DNA of 62,123 nucleotides. Origin: a virus (lineage: Duplodnaviria; Caudoviricetes). Below are positions 47,829 to 56,727 of the stretch, piece after piece; position 1 is the stretch's first letter, and every line of letters starts with the position of its first letter. The position numbers and the translations under genes were made by a program. The DNA lies in IMG/VR virus record IMGVR_UViG_3300044460_000010, positions 1-62,123 of that record; one strand, written 5' to 3'. Under the pieces are notes generated by a model, which had not been told where the DNA came from, made no database searches, and worked only from the letters and a program-made list of their open reading frames with translations.

Positions 47829-48193
47829 GACTTCGCCTCCGTGAGTTTGGCATACTCCGCAAGGGCTGCGATTGACAACTCGTAGGCTTCATTGAGCAAC
47901 CGCAGATTAACATCCTTGCCCCATGTATTGAAGACGGGGTTGGAGAGGCATTGCCCGAACAGAGAAGCGTGTGCCCGCTCAGTCGCTACGCATCCACCGG
48001 CCAGTTCGCCCGCGACCCGACGGAGTTCGGCGAGTTCCTCTTGCAGCCGCAACATCTCCATGCCGCGATACAACATCTCTTGAGCCAGCGACTTGAGGTC
48101 GGAAATATCCGGATGCTCGGCAAGGGCTAACGCCTCGTCCCGTTCAGCCTGGAGGCTGTCGCGCTCGGCACGTAGTCTTTCCAATTCGGTCAT
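47825..48193 (-). CDS. Hypothetical coiled-coil protein
   Basis: MTELERLRAERD..., AGGAG RBS. Confidence 0.6.
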   Translation of the reverse strand: MTELERLRAERDSLQAERDEALALAEHPDISDLKSLAQEMLYRGMEMLRLQEELAELRRVAGELAGGCVATERAHASLFGQCLSNPVFNTWGKDVNLRLLNEAYELSIAALAEYAKLTEAKS

Positions 48194-48198
48194 CGCAA

Positions 48199-48507
48199 TT
48201 ACTCCTTGTTCAGTTGGGGCTTTGATTTTCGGCGATTCGCCTTCCATGCCCGCATGTAGGCCGCGTACCACGTGTGGCATGGCGCGCAGCGGATGTGCGT
48301 TCCTTCCCGTTTCTTCGAGCAGCCGAACGTAGCACACAGTCCCTGCTGGGCCTTTGCCAGCCGAATCCGCCCCTCGTGTCGCGCTCGCTTGTTGAGGCAT
48401 TCGCGACACAGGGTCTTGCCGTGTTCCGCACGCGCGGGGCAATCGCGGCACAAGCCCTTGGCTTGCCGGGCGTTCTTGTGGACGGCTTGCGGTGAAATAT
48501 TTGGCAT
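48199..48507 (-). CDS. Hypothetical Zn-finger protein
   Basis: Repeated GLCxxC / CxxC. Confidence 0.6.
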   Translation of the reverse strand: MPNISPQAVHKNARQAKGLCRDCPARAEHGKTLCRECLNKRARHEGRIRLAKAQQGLCATFGCSKKREGTHIRCAPCHTWYAAYMRAWKANRRKSKPQLNKE

Positions 48508-48510
48508 GGG

Positions 48511-48771
48511 TCAGACCGCGCCCATTTTACCCGCGATGTAGCGGTGGAACTCGGGGTGTTGCATCTCGTGGCGGATCGCGTCGAGAAATCGGGGCGACAA
48601 CTCGGTGGCCTCAGTCACCGCGATCCGGCAGCAGGTGATGATCTCCGACGGCGTGAGGCGAGCGCGCATCATCAGGGTCCACGCGGTCTCGGGATCATCG
48701 GGCGGCAATTCGCAGAGGAAGGTCTCCACGAAGGCCACCGCGTGACGTACGTTGGGGTAGGCATCGAGCAT
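48511..48771 (-). CDS. Hypothetical protein
   Basis: AGGAG RBS. Confidence 0.55.
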   Translation of the reverse strand: MLDAYPNVRHAVAFVETFLCELPPDDPETAWTLMMRARLTPSEIITCCRIAVTEATELSPRFLDAIRHEMQHPEFHRYIAGKMGAV

Positions 48772-48774
48772 GGG

Positions 48775-49215
48775 TTACTCCTTGCTGGCTTCAATCGCCT
48801 TCAGTGCGGCCTTGCAGATGGCAAGCGGTGCGGTGTCCGCTCGCGCCATGAACATCTGCGGCTCTTCCTCTTCGACGTACACCGTAATGGCGCAGGTCGC
48901 GTGTCCGTCGTCATCGCCGCGGTAGGGGCCAACCTCTTTCACGGTCACACAACCGCCGGCGCAGAGTTTCAGCACGACCTTCCATGCTGCCGCGATGTCC
49001 GTGGAGTAGTGCGGCACGGGAAAGCATCGCCGGTTACAGCCTGGCGGAGTAGGCTCGCGCGATACCGCCCACCAGTTCTCGCGCGCCCAAAGATCCCTGG
49101 CGTCTTCCCTCGCCAGGTCATATTCGCTGTGCCGGCCAAATTCCGCACACAGTCCCATCACCTTCTCGTGAATCTCCACGTCCAATGCTCGTAGTTCCTC
49201 GTCAGACATCGTCAT
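48775..49215 (-). CDS. BC1872 / phage ABA-sandwich-like protein
   Basis: LDVEIHEKVMG, PHYSTDIAAAWKVV, TAPLAICKAALKA. Confidence 0.7.
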   Translation of the reverse strand: MTMSDEELRALDVEIHEKVMGLCAEFGRHSEYDLAREDARDLWARENWWAVSREPTPPGCNRRCFPVPHYSTDIAAAWKVVLKLCAGGCVTVKEVGPYRGDDDGHATCAITVYVEEEEPQMFMARADTAPLAICKAALKAIEASKE

Positions 49216-49477
49216 CCTCCGTTTGGGTTGAAAACGCCCGCTCCTCAACTCGCAAAATGTAGCCCTGCCACTGAGCGGTATCGCGGTGGGCCTCTCTTAC
49301 TCGGTTAAGTACTCGCTCGGCACCCTTCGCTGTCTTCCAGTGGCTTCCGTTACCTGGCTGCACCAGCCTTGCCCTGTGACAAAGAGAGGCGCCGCCTGTT
49401 GTGTAACTCTCACTGCCGATATGCACTTCAGCCTTGCCAGAAATCGGGTGCATGCATTCGATTATGTATACCTTCAT
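49202..49477 (-). CDS. Hypothetical protein
   Basis: Operon ORF. Confidence 0.5.
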   Translation of the reverse strand: MKVYIIECMHPISGKAEVHIGSESYTTGGASLCHRARLVQPGNGSHWKTAKGAERVLNRVREAHRDTAQWQGYILRVEERAFSTQTEDDDV

Positions 49478-49533
49478 CACCCCATCCTCCGAGAGGGGCC
49501 AGCCGAAGCCAGCCCGGTTTAAGGGGCATTCGC

Positions 49534-49719
49534 TCACGCAACTCGGGTCACCACCATCATCAGCCTATCCAGTTCCGCCTGTAACTCGCCAACCATCTTC
49601 CGGGCCTCGGCGATGCCGTCAGGGTCACGGTCGATGGTCAGCCAATACTGGGCTTGCCGCAGTTGGCTGAGGAGCTTCGCGATCTGGTCGCTGAGATCGC
49701 GCTGGGTCGGGGTCATCAT
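49534..49719 (-). CDS. Hypothetical protein
   Basis: Operon ORF. Confidence 0.5.
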   Translation of the reverse strand: MMTPTQRDLSDQIAKLLSQLRQAQYWLTIDRDPDGIAEARKMVGELQAELDRLMMVVTRVA

Positions 49720-49970
49720 GGGCGTAGATCCTGTGTGTGGGTTGGGCCACGGCGGTTACAATTTTCCACGATTCCACAGCCTGAATGCCGCATCCTTGCA
49801 TTCCTGGCTCGGCTCGGTTTCGGCAAGGAGAGCGTCGCCGGGAGACTGCCCCCGACGATCCAAGTAATAACTCGCCCTGTACGCGGCTCTCCCCACGACA
49901 TGCAAGGACCAGCATAGCGCACTGCGATTTTTCTTTTCCTCTGGCACATGGGGTACGCTCGGAGTGTCAT
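49716..49970 (-). CDS. Hypothetical protein
   Basis: Coupled to 49534. Confidence 0.4.
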   Translation of the reverse strand: MTLRAYPMCQRKRKIAVRYAGPCMSWGEPRTGRVITWIVGGSLPATLSLPKPSRARNARMRHSGCGIVENCNRRGPTHTQDLRP

Positions 49971-50304
49971 CGTCTCTTCTGTCTGGCCTGCGCGAAGGCG
50001 AGGTTGCCAGTGAATCGTAATGGCTCAGTCTTGATGACTGATCGCTTGCCATATCAGCGATGGCAAGGAAAGTATCGCACCCAGCAAAAGTATCGGTCAC
50101 GGTATCGATGCTGGAAGTAGGCCAGAGGTCTTTCCCCCGGAAATCCTCTTTGATTTTTTCGATAAGCCCCTGTATCACACGCATCACACGGATGCGTTCG
50201 GCCTTAATCATGAGCAGTGCGGCCTGCTCATCAAATACTGGCTTGTTGCGCCGTCCCATGATAGCTCCTGGTTGGATTCCCGCTCACATTGAGCGGGAAC
50301 GGGT

Positions 50305-50529
50305 CTAGTAATCCGTCACCGCGTTGCGGGCATCGCCGCATTCGGCCAGCTCCGCGTAATACTGCTCGTCATCCAGTCGGCCGACCAGCCACTCCGCCTT
50401 CAGCCGGTGCTCCACGGCTTCGATTCGCCGCGCCCAATAGGCATCGCCCCGGCTGGTCATGCGGTTGGCTTCCGCGTTCAGGTCGCGGGAGAGGGTCAAG
50501 AGTTCGCGAAGCTTGGTAAAGCGTGTCAT
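50305..50529 (-). CDS. Hypothetical protein
   Basis: AAGGA RBS. Confidence 0.55.
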   Translation of the reverse strand: MTRFTKLRELLTLSRDLNAEANRMTSRGDAYWARRIEAVEHRLKAEWLVGRLDDEQYYAELAECGDARNAVTDY

Positions 50530-50543
50530 GGGTTGGGCGTCCT

Positions 50544-50753
50544 TTACTGGGTGCAACTCTCAATTACTCGCTGTGCATCTTTGAGACTCAGTGCGTAGTA
50601 ACGATACCCTTCGCACTCGACGCACCACGCAGCGCCTTGCCCGAACTTCGCTCCCGTGGCACGGACACGGAACCGCCCACACGCTGACGTGTAGACCGTG
50701 CGACCGGTTTCGTTCTTCGCGACCGTGTAGCCGTCGCCCATGTAGTTCCGCAT
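50544..50753 (-). CDS. Hypothetical protein
   Basis: First gene after the leftward promoter, GGAG RBS. Confidence 0.6.
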   Translation of the reverse strand: MRNYMGDGYTVAKNETGRTVYTSACGRFRVRATGAKFGQGAAWCVECEGYRYYALSLKDAQRVIESCTQ

Positions 50754-50789
50754 CGCCGTCTCCCGGTGTCACTCACTCGTCACAATGGA

Positions 50790-50817
50790 ATGATACTCTA
50801 CCCCGATTGGATGTCAA
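50790..50817 (-). promoter_or_regulatory. Leftward early promoter
   Basis: TTGACA-TCCAATCGGGGTAGAG-TATCAT. Confidence 0.7.
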
Positions 50818-50856
50818 TACGGAATTCCGATTTCTTTTTCCGTCGAGAATGGTATC

Positions 50857-51141
50857 ATGGAATGGAACTACATGGAGTCGTTTATGGCGAAGAGTGAGCA
50901 TGGGAAAAGAGCAAGCAAGATCGCGGCCTACTTTGGGCCGCGACTAAAGGAACTGCGAGCAAGTCGGGGGCTATCACAGGCTGCGCTGGCGAAACTGGTC
51001 GGAGTATCGCAGAGCCGGATTGCGGAATTCGAGTCGCCAACGACGAAATACAGGCCCACGTGGGAGACTGTGTTGCAGTTCTCCTTTGCGCTGGGCATTG
51101 ACCCTGGATTTTTCGTGATGCCGCCAAGTGGGCAGAAATAA
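50857..51141 (+). CDS. XRE-family HTH repressor
   Basis: LKELRASRGLSQAALAKLVGVSQSRIAEFE...RPTW. Confidence 0.88.
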   Translation: MEWNYMESFMAKSEHGKRASKIAAYFGPRLKELRASRGLSQAALAKLVGVSQSRIAEFESPTTKYRPTWETVLQFSFALGIDPGFFVMPPSGQK

Positions 51142-51155
51142 TTTCCGAATGCCTG

Positions 51156-51183
51156 TTGACTTTCAATCGGGATGCCGTATCAT
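51156..51183 (+). promoter_or_regulatory. Rightward early promoter
   Basis: TTGACT-TTCAATCGGGATGCCG-TATCAT. Confidence 0.7.
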
Positions 51184-51223
51184 TACCTGTGTAGAGACAA
51201 CCAACACGAACCGGGAGACGACG

Positions 51224-51430
51224 ATGGCAACGCAAGCCAAGATTGTGACAGTATGGCTGGACGAGACGAGCGATGAGCACGGCTGGATTGTTGATACGGA
51301 TACTGAAGAGGGCGGGCAGTCGCGGACTATCGAAGCTTTCCCGCCAACCGCAGCGGGCCGAAAGAAAGCAATCGCGGCCGGGAAGCGAGAAGCAAAGAAG
51401 CGGGGCGTTGAGTTGCAAATCCGCGACTAA
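51224..51430 (+). CDS. Hypothetical early protein
   Basis: GGAG RBS. Confidence 0.6.
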   Translation: MATQAKIVTVWLDETSDEHGWIVDTDTEEGGQSRTIEAFPPTAAGRKKAIAAGKREAKKRGVELQIRD

Positions 51431-51441
51431 CCACACGCGGC

Positions 51442-51775
51442 AACCGGTCAACCCGACCGGGCCGCACACAAGGGGGATGTGAGATGGCTACCGGATATGT
51501 GACAATGACCGCCGTGCTGTATTCCACGGGCAAGAGTCTCGGCAAAGTGCAGGTGCGGCCCTTCGCTGCCGACTGCTACGCACGGCAGACAATTGGGCAG
51601 TGGCCCGAAGGGTTGGTCGAGGCCAGCGATGTGATGGACGCCGACGAGATCGAGCGGATCGGCATCAGCAGTACAACGACGGTGTATGTGGAGGATTGAC
51701 CTGACACGGCGGCGACGATGGCAACGGTAACCGGTCAACCCGACCGGGCCGCACAACAAGGGGATGTGAGATGGC
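51442..51775 (+). repeat. ~47-bp intergenic direct repeats (51442-51488, 51729-51775; partial copy 52066-52092)
   Basis: AACCGGTCAACCCGACCGGGCCGCACA..AAGGGGATGTGAGATGGC. Confidence 0.85.
51484..51699 (+). CDS. Hypothetical early protein
   Basis: Start codon lies within the repeat. Confidence 0.6.
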   Translation: MATGYVTMTAVLYSTGKSLGKVQVRPFAADCYARQTIGQWPEGLVEASDVMDADEIERIGISSTTTVYVED

Positions 51776-51980
51776 CAGCGAAAACCTGACGGATGCCGAA
51801 CTGATCTGCGGCAAGCAAATCCAGCATGATGCCAGCGGACAAGGGCATGCATGGCGCGACATCGACGCTACGGACATTCCGGCCGACATCCGAGAAGGGA
51901 TTGCGGCAGAGATTCTCGACGGTGGGCAGGAGACGTGCGCCGACTACACGGCTACCAACGGGCTGCACTACCGCTGGTAG
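51771..51980 (+). CDS. Hypothetical acidic early protein
   Basis: Start codon lies within the repeat. Confidence 0.6.
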   Translation: MASENLTDAELICGKQIQHDASGQGHAWRDIDATDIPADIREGIAAEILDGGQETCADYTATNGLHYRW

Positions 51981-52081
51981 CCCACCCCAGGCATAGGACG
52001 GCATCAGGGAGCCGGATATGCCTCTGACCAGACACAGCGGCACACGCGAGCAATTCCGCTCGCGAGCCGCACAACAAGGGG

Positions 52082-52327
52082 ATGACGATGGCGTGTATAA
52101 TCCGCATCTTTCGCGATGGTGTGTGGGTCGGGGACGGCACGGTGAGTGACGATGGCACCATCGAGTGCGAGGCGGTGCTCGGTGCCACGCAGGACGACAG
52201 CGACGAGACGTATGAGGCCATCATGGACGCCCTGGACCACGACCCGCAGGACGCGGACCGGTACACCGGGGAAGGCTCCGTGACGCGGCCCGATGGGGTG
52301 TACGACTTCGTCGTTTCCCCTGAGTGA
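52082..52327 (+). CDS. Hypothetical acidic early protein
   Basis: Asp/Glu-rich; start within the partial repeat. Confidence 0.6.
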   Translation: MTMACIIRIFRDGVWVGDGTVSDDGTIECEAVLGATQDDSDETYEAIMDALDHDPQDADRYTGEGSVTRPDGVYDFVVSPE

Positions 52328-52333
52328 TTCTCG

Positions 52334-52768
52334 GTGAACCCTACACCGCTGCCTCGCATCGAGGCAGCGAACCTAACTGAGGAGAGTAATATGAACTCGG
52401 AATTATGGTCGGAATTATGGGTTGATCTGAAAATATCAACCAGAGGATACTCTGTCATATTGACAGACATCGTAGTCGGGGACGCGGGGGTCTTCCCCGT
52501 CCAGACCGTCCAAGCGAAACGCCTACCAGGCGGACACCTGGGACCGTGGAGAAAAGTGCCAGTGGATTTCGGTTTTGGCGGGCATCGTCCGCTGCTGGGG
52601 GCGTGCAAAATCACGCCCGCGCCAGCCGATGACCGAGACGGGCTTGCGGAGGGAGACCATGCGTATCGTCTCCACATTGACGTGGAGACACCCAGGGATG
52701 GGATCGTGGCCAGAGTTATCCGGATCGTGACCCCCTGCCAATTGGGTCACGACCCAGCAGAAGGCTGA
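52334..52768 (+). CDS. Hypothetical protein
   Basis: Likely start at ATG ~52390 after GAGGAG. Confidence 0.5.
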   Translation: MNPTPLPRIEAANLTEESNMNSELWSELWVDLKISTRGYSVILTDIVVGDAGVFPVQTVQAKRLPGGHLGPWRKVPVDFGFGGHRPLLGACKITPAPADDRDGLAEGDHAYRLHIDVETPRDGIVARVIRIVTPCQLGHDPAEG

Positions 52769-52825
52769 CACCCACACACCCACTGCCCCCGATGTGAGGC
52801 AGCGGCTCAAACTGAGGAGAGCGAG

Positions 52826-53356
52826 ATGTCGCGATTCATCCCCGATTGCCCAGCGCGCGGACCGGGAATCTATTTCCGCATGGCTGGCTCCGACGCACGC
52901 GGTAGCCTGCTGAGCGACCCGGTAGCGATGGCCGCATCAGCGGCCCGCGCCCGTGTCCACGCGGGCCTGGGCGATATGCCCGGAGGGGAGCAGATCGAAT
53001 ACCCTCCGTGCCCGGTCTGCACGGACGTGGACGTCTGCCAGGGCGGGGACGATCCTGACCATGTGTGCGACCAGTATTGCTGGGCACCGCGATGGCCGGA
53101 GACCCCGCACCCCGGTCGGTACGGGTCAAGGACGAGTACGCTTTCTCCCGAGGGTCTGGCCGCGTGGGTGGCCAGTCTGGGCGAAGTGAGTGCGGAGGAC
53201 CGCGCCGACCTGACGCGGTACGTGGAATGGGTGGGCGTCTGTGCCGCGATTCGCGAGGCCCAGTTCGCGTACCAGGCGGCGGTGCGGGCCGCCTACGAAA
53301 CGGTCATCAAAACCGTGACCGATGCCTATGTGGCATCGGTCCGGCCGGAGAACTGA
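52826..53356 (+). CDS. Hypothetical protein
   Basis: GAGGAG RBS; CPVC..C..C. Confidence 0.6.
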   Translation: MSRFIPDCPARGPGIYFRMAGSDARGSLLSDPVAMAASAARARVHAGLGDMPGGEQIEYPPCPVCTDVDVCQGGDDPDHVCDQYCWAPRWPETPHPGRYGSRTSTLSPEGLAAWVASLGEVSAEDRADLTRYVEWVGVCAAIREAQFAYQAAVRAAYETVIKTVTDAYVASVRPEN

Positions 53357-53467
53357 GTACACCCGCTGCCGTGGCCGGATGCATTGCAGTGCGTCTGGAG
53401 CAATAATCATCCTCGGTGATTCCACGGCAGCGGGCTTTTCTACCTAACTCTGACTGAGGAGATTGAG

Positions 53468-53638
53468 ATGGATAAGGTTTACGTGGTCTGCGACGCCAGC
53501 GGCGAATATGTGCGGGATGAGGCGGGCGAGAAGCGAACGCCCGCCAGCGACGAGGCATACGAATTCGCCTCTGAGCATGAGGCCAAGTTGGCCTGCACGC
53601 GGGCAACGGACAAGGTGCTGTCCCGCGACGTGGATTAG
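53468..53638 (+). CDS. Small hypothetical protein (56 aa)
   Basis: GAGGAG RBS, MDKVYVVCD; below the ORF track cutoff. Confidence 0.5.
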   Translation: MDKVYVVCDASGEYVRDEAGEKRTPASDEAYEFASEHEAKLACTRATDKVLSRDVD

Positions 53639-53818
53639 ACCGGCGACACCTGATACACGGTTCGCCCAGAGTCGTCGCGGCTCTTGCCGGTGACGGTGAA
53701 CACCATGCCACGCCGGCTATTCACCGGTGGCGTCTTCATTTACCAGACTTGCGCTCCGACTCTAGCTTTGCCCACGCCGCGTCGAGCGCGGCATCCTGCT
53801 CGTCGGTGAGAGTGATTT

Positions 53819-56557
53819 CTACTTGCTTTTCTTTTTCATCTCCGCTTGGTACGCCTTCACGACCGCCAGTGACCGGCTCCCTGGCGTCAGGTCGAACTTC
53901 GCGTGCAACATCTCGGTTCCGTTTACCTTCCACCAGTCACCCCCTGAAATTGATGTTCGTTCTTTTGACTGCTTGCCGAGCTTTTTATCCAGTGCATCGA
54001 GTTTCGCCTTCGTCGCCGCGAACTCTTCTGGCGACAACTCCACGGGTCCGTGTGCCATGATATCTAGCACACTCTTGGCGCCAGGGAACCGCTCTTTCAG
54101 TTCCGCTTGCGTGCTCGCTTTGAATTTAGTTATGGGCTGATCGTAGCCAAATCGTGGCCACGTGTAGTAGCCGTTCATGTGCGGGTTCATGGGTGGACCG
54201 GCCGCGTGGCACTCCAGCCATGATACTCCGGCATCGGCGCACGCCGCTACCTGAGCCGTGAAGATTTCCGCACCAAGCCCCTCCTTCTGGTGATTCTCCT
54301 TGACGATTAGCAAATCAATGTGAACGAATACCTCTCCATCATCCGTGCGCCCAACAGTGGCTACCATGTCTTCCAACTTGGGGTGCCGCACGGTCACCTC
54401 GACCTTGTCATCGTCTAACGACATCTCGACGCCAGTCGCTCCAGGGACGCCAAGTAGATCGCTTGCATCGGGAGCGTCTTCGCCGAATATTTCCTTCCAC
54501 GTGCCAACTGCATCGTCATCATCCTCTTCAGTCTCGTCATCATCATCCTCCGTGGCGTCCTCATCCTCTTCTTCGGCTTGCTCTGGTTCATTTTGATTGC
54601 TATCCTCGGCGAATTCCTCGCCCTCTTCCCTCGCCTTATCTTCATCGGCCACCCATTCGCCAGTGTCCGACTGGTAACCATCGCCATCTTGATAACTCAC
54701 CCACCGGTAGACGGGAATGGGGTCGGCGTCAGGATCATCCGGGAAGGGGTCGTACTCACCCGATTCCAGGGCAATAGTCTGTGGGAAGTGACCGCCCTCA
54801 TCATCGTAGAAATCCCACGATGTCACGTTGTTCTCGTGCCATCCACGGTCGCGACGAACGCTGCCCTGGTCAATCGTGCCATCCCATTCGGGCCGCACGT
54901 CGCCCTTGTCGCCCCCTTCGACTTTGGCCTTCTCTTTCTCCGTCGCATTCGCCATCACCTCGCCGGGAATGAACTCGCCACCCGCGAACTTCTTGCCGCC
55001 AACCGAGACGCCACCTTTGGGTGCATGGGCCGCAGCCTTCTGGACACTCTCCCCCTCAACCGCCCGCCGTATCCGCAACACCGCTTCCGCAATCGCCACG
55101 GGCAACAGACTGCTCCCCGGGATCGGCGTGGGCGCGAGCAGCACCATCGCCCCCAGGATCGCCTTCGCGCCTGTCTCGCCGTAGCGAGCCGCAAGCTTGG
55201 CGTAACGCGCCTGAACCCACGTCCGCACCTTCGCGGCTACGTGGGCGGGGACTTCGGCGATACGGGCGGCGAGGGAAGCGGCCTTGGCGTCGGGGTCATC
55301 GACCGGCGCAGCGTCCCGAGCGCCAGCCCCAGAATCGCCCCCGTGATGATCGCTGTTGCTAGCATCCAATACATCATTTCCAGAAACGGCATCAGGTCCA
55401 TCTTTCGCCCCTCCCGTTGTGCCGAACTTGCCGTGGTCGCGTGGTTGGTCTGGATCGAACGCCTTGCCGACGCGCCCACCGTGCCGGGTGTGATCGTCGG
55501 GCAGATAATACGCCTCGTGCGCGGGACCGTTGGCCCCTCCGCGGCTGTGGTAGGTCGCGGTGTCCTCGGCCTGCCAGCCCGTTTCCAGCTCCGCATGTCG
55601 GGCATCAATCAGAGACTGCGTCCCAGCGCCCCACTGGGCGCTGGTCGCGGCATCCTCTTCGTCGCGCTGGGATTGCCGCGCGGCGTCTTCGACTTCCTCG
55701 CGTGCCCATCTCGCTTCCTTCGCATCCCGATCCTCCTGGGCGTGTCTCTGCATAATCGCGACATCCTCGGTGGATTGGCGCTCCGCTTCCGCGTCCTCCC
55801 ACGCGGAGATTCGAACCGACAACTCCGTCTCCTGCCAGCCATCGAGTGCCGCAATCTGCTCGTCGAATGCCTTGTCGGCCGCGTCATACTCGTCACTTTC
55901 ATCATCGAGCGCCGCCAGCGTCCGCGTGCGCTCAGCCTCAATCGCCTCCTCACGCGCGTCCCGCTCGGCGGTCAACTCTTCCTCGATTCGCTCGTGGGCC
56001 TTCGCTTCGGCACGCTCGCGCTGCTTTTCGAGTTTACGCAGCTCCTTCTCCTGCTGCCTCGACCTGGCATCGTCCTCTTTATCGCCCTGGCGCTCGCGGG
56101 ATCGCTCAATGCGCTCGTCTTCGCGTTCCCGCCGCTCCACGGTCTTGTCAAACGCCTCGCTCTCCAAGGGGTCATTCTCGTCGCGCTCGTCGCGAATTCG
56201 ACTGGCCTCTTCGTCGCGGACACCCTGTCGCTCATCCTCGGTGCGACTGTCTTCCGCCGCCCATCGTTCATGCGCCTCCGAATGGTCGGGCTCAGTATCC
56301 TCATGGTCGGCCGCGTCATCCGTCCATCGGCCATGTTCATCACGCTTCTCGTTCTCGTCGAACGCCTTCTGGATGAACGCCAACACGCCGGCCGTCGAGC
56401 CGTTCATCGACGCCATTGCCTTCAGGATCTGCTGGCGCCCCTCGTCGCGGCCGACTTCGACGCCGCGCCAGTACGACGCATCGCGCACCTCTTCCAGCCC
56501 CGCCAGGTACGCGGACGGGGTGATGGTGAAGGGCGTGTCGTCGTCGGTGTCAAGCAC
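53819..56557 (-). CDS. Large acidic putative head-cargo protein with C-terminal GNAT-like domain
   Basis: KAFDENEKRDEHGRW, KAFDPDQPRDHGKF; IVKENHQKEGLG...NGYYTWPRFGY. Confidence 0.7.
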   Translation of the reverse strand: MLDTDDDTPFTITPSAYLAGLEEVRDASYWRGVEVGRDEGRQQILKAMASMNGSTAGVLAFIQKAFDENEKRDEHGRWTDDAADHEDTEPDHSEAHERWAAEDSRTEDERQGVRDEEASRIRDERDENDPLESEAFDKTVERREREDERIERSRERQGDKEDDARSRQQEKELRKLEKQRERAEAKAHERIEEELTAERDAREEAIEAERTRTLAALDDESDEYDAADKAFDEQIAALDGWQETELSVRISAWEDAEAERQSTEDVAIMQRHAQEDRDAKEARWAREEVEDAARQSQRDEEDAATSAQWGAGTQSLIDARHAELETGWQAEDTATYHSRGGANGPAHEAYYLPDDHTRHGGRVGKAFDPDQPRDHGKFGTTGGAKDGPDAVSGNDVLDASNSDHHGGDSGAGARDAAPVDDPDAKAASLAARIAEVPAHVAAKVRTWVQARYAKLAARYGETGAKAILGAMVLLAPTPIPGSSLLPVAIAEAVLRIRRAVEGESVQKAAAHAPKGGVSVGGKKFAGGEFIPGEVMANATEKEKAKVEGGDKGDVRPEWDGTIDQGSVRRDRGWHENNVTSWDFYDDEGGHFPQTIALESGEYDPFPDDPDADPIPVYRWVSYQDGDGYQSDTGEWVADEDKAREEGEEFAEDSNQNEPEQAEEEDEDATEDDDDETEEDDDDAVGTWKEIFGEDAPDASDLLGVPGATGVEMSLDDDKVEVTVRHPKLEDMVATVGRTDDGEVFVHIDLLIVKENHQKEGLGAEIFTAQVAACADAGVSWLECHAAGPPMNPHMNGYYTWPRFGYDQPITKFKASTQAELKERFPGAKSVLDIMAHGPVELSPEEFAATKAKLDALDKKLGKQSKERTSISGGDWWKVNGTEMLHAKFDLTPGSRSLAVVKAYQAEMKKKSK

Positions 56558-56598
56558 GCTTACGCCTCGTTGCGGTTCGCATCGAAGACAAAGACAGT

Positions 56599-56715
56599 AA
56601 AGCAGCCACAGATCGCGCGGATGGTACGGATTAAAGACAGAAGACAAGAGGCAATTTGAATTTCATTCTGCCTTCTTCTGATCCTGTCTTATCCGCGCAA
56701 TCTGTGGCGGTATTC
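56599..56715. repeat. Palindromic element family A, copy 5
   Basis: GCAGCCACAGAT...ATCTGTGGCGGTATT. Confidence 0.85.
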
Positions 56716-56727
56716 TCTTCCACCCAA

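Noticed and set aside
56557-56647. Shared N-terminal HPRDLW peptides in ORFs ending at 27916, 56647 and 61782
   Set aside because: Translations of family A palindromes upstream of the likely true starts.
54578-56659. Long plus-strand ORFs (693 aa here; 505 aa at 43834..45351)
   Set aside because: Antisense shadows of GC-rich minus-strand genes.
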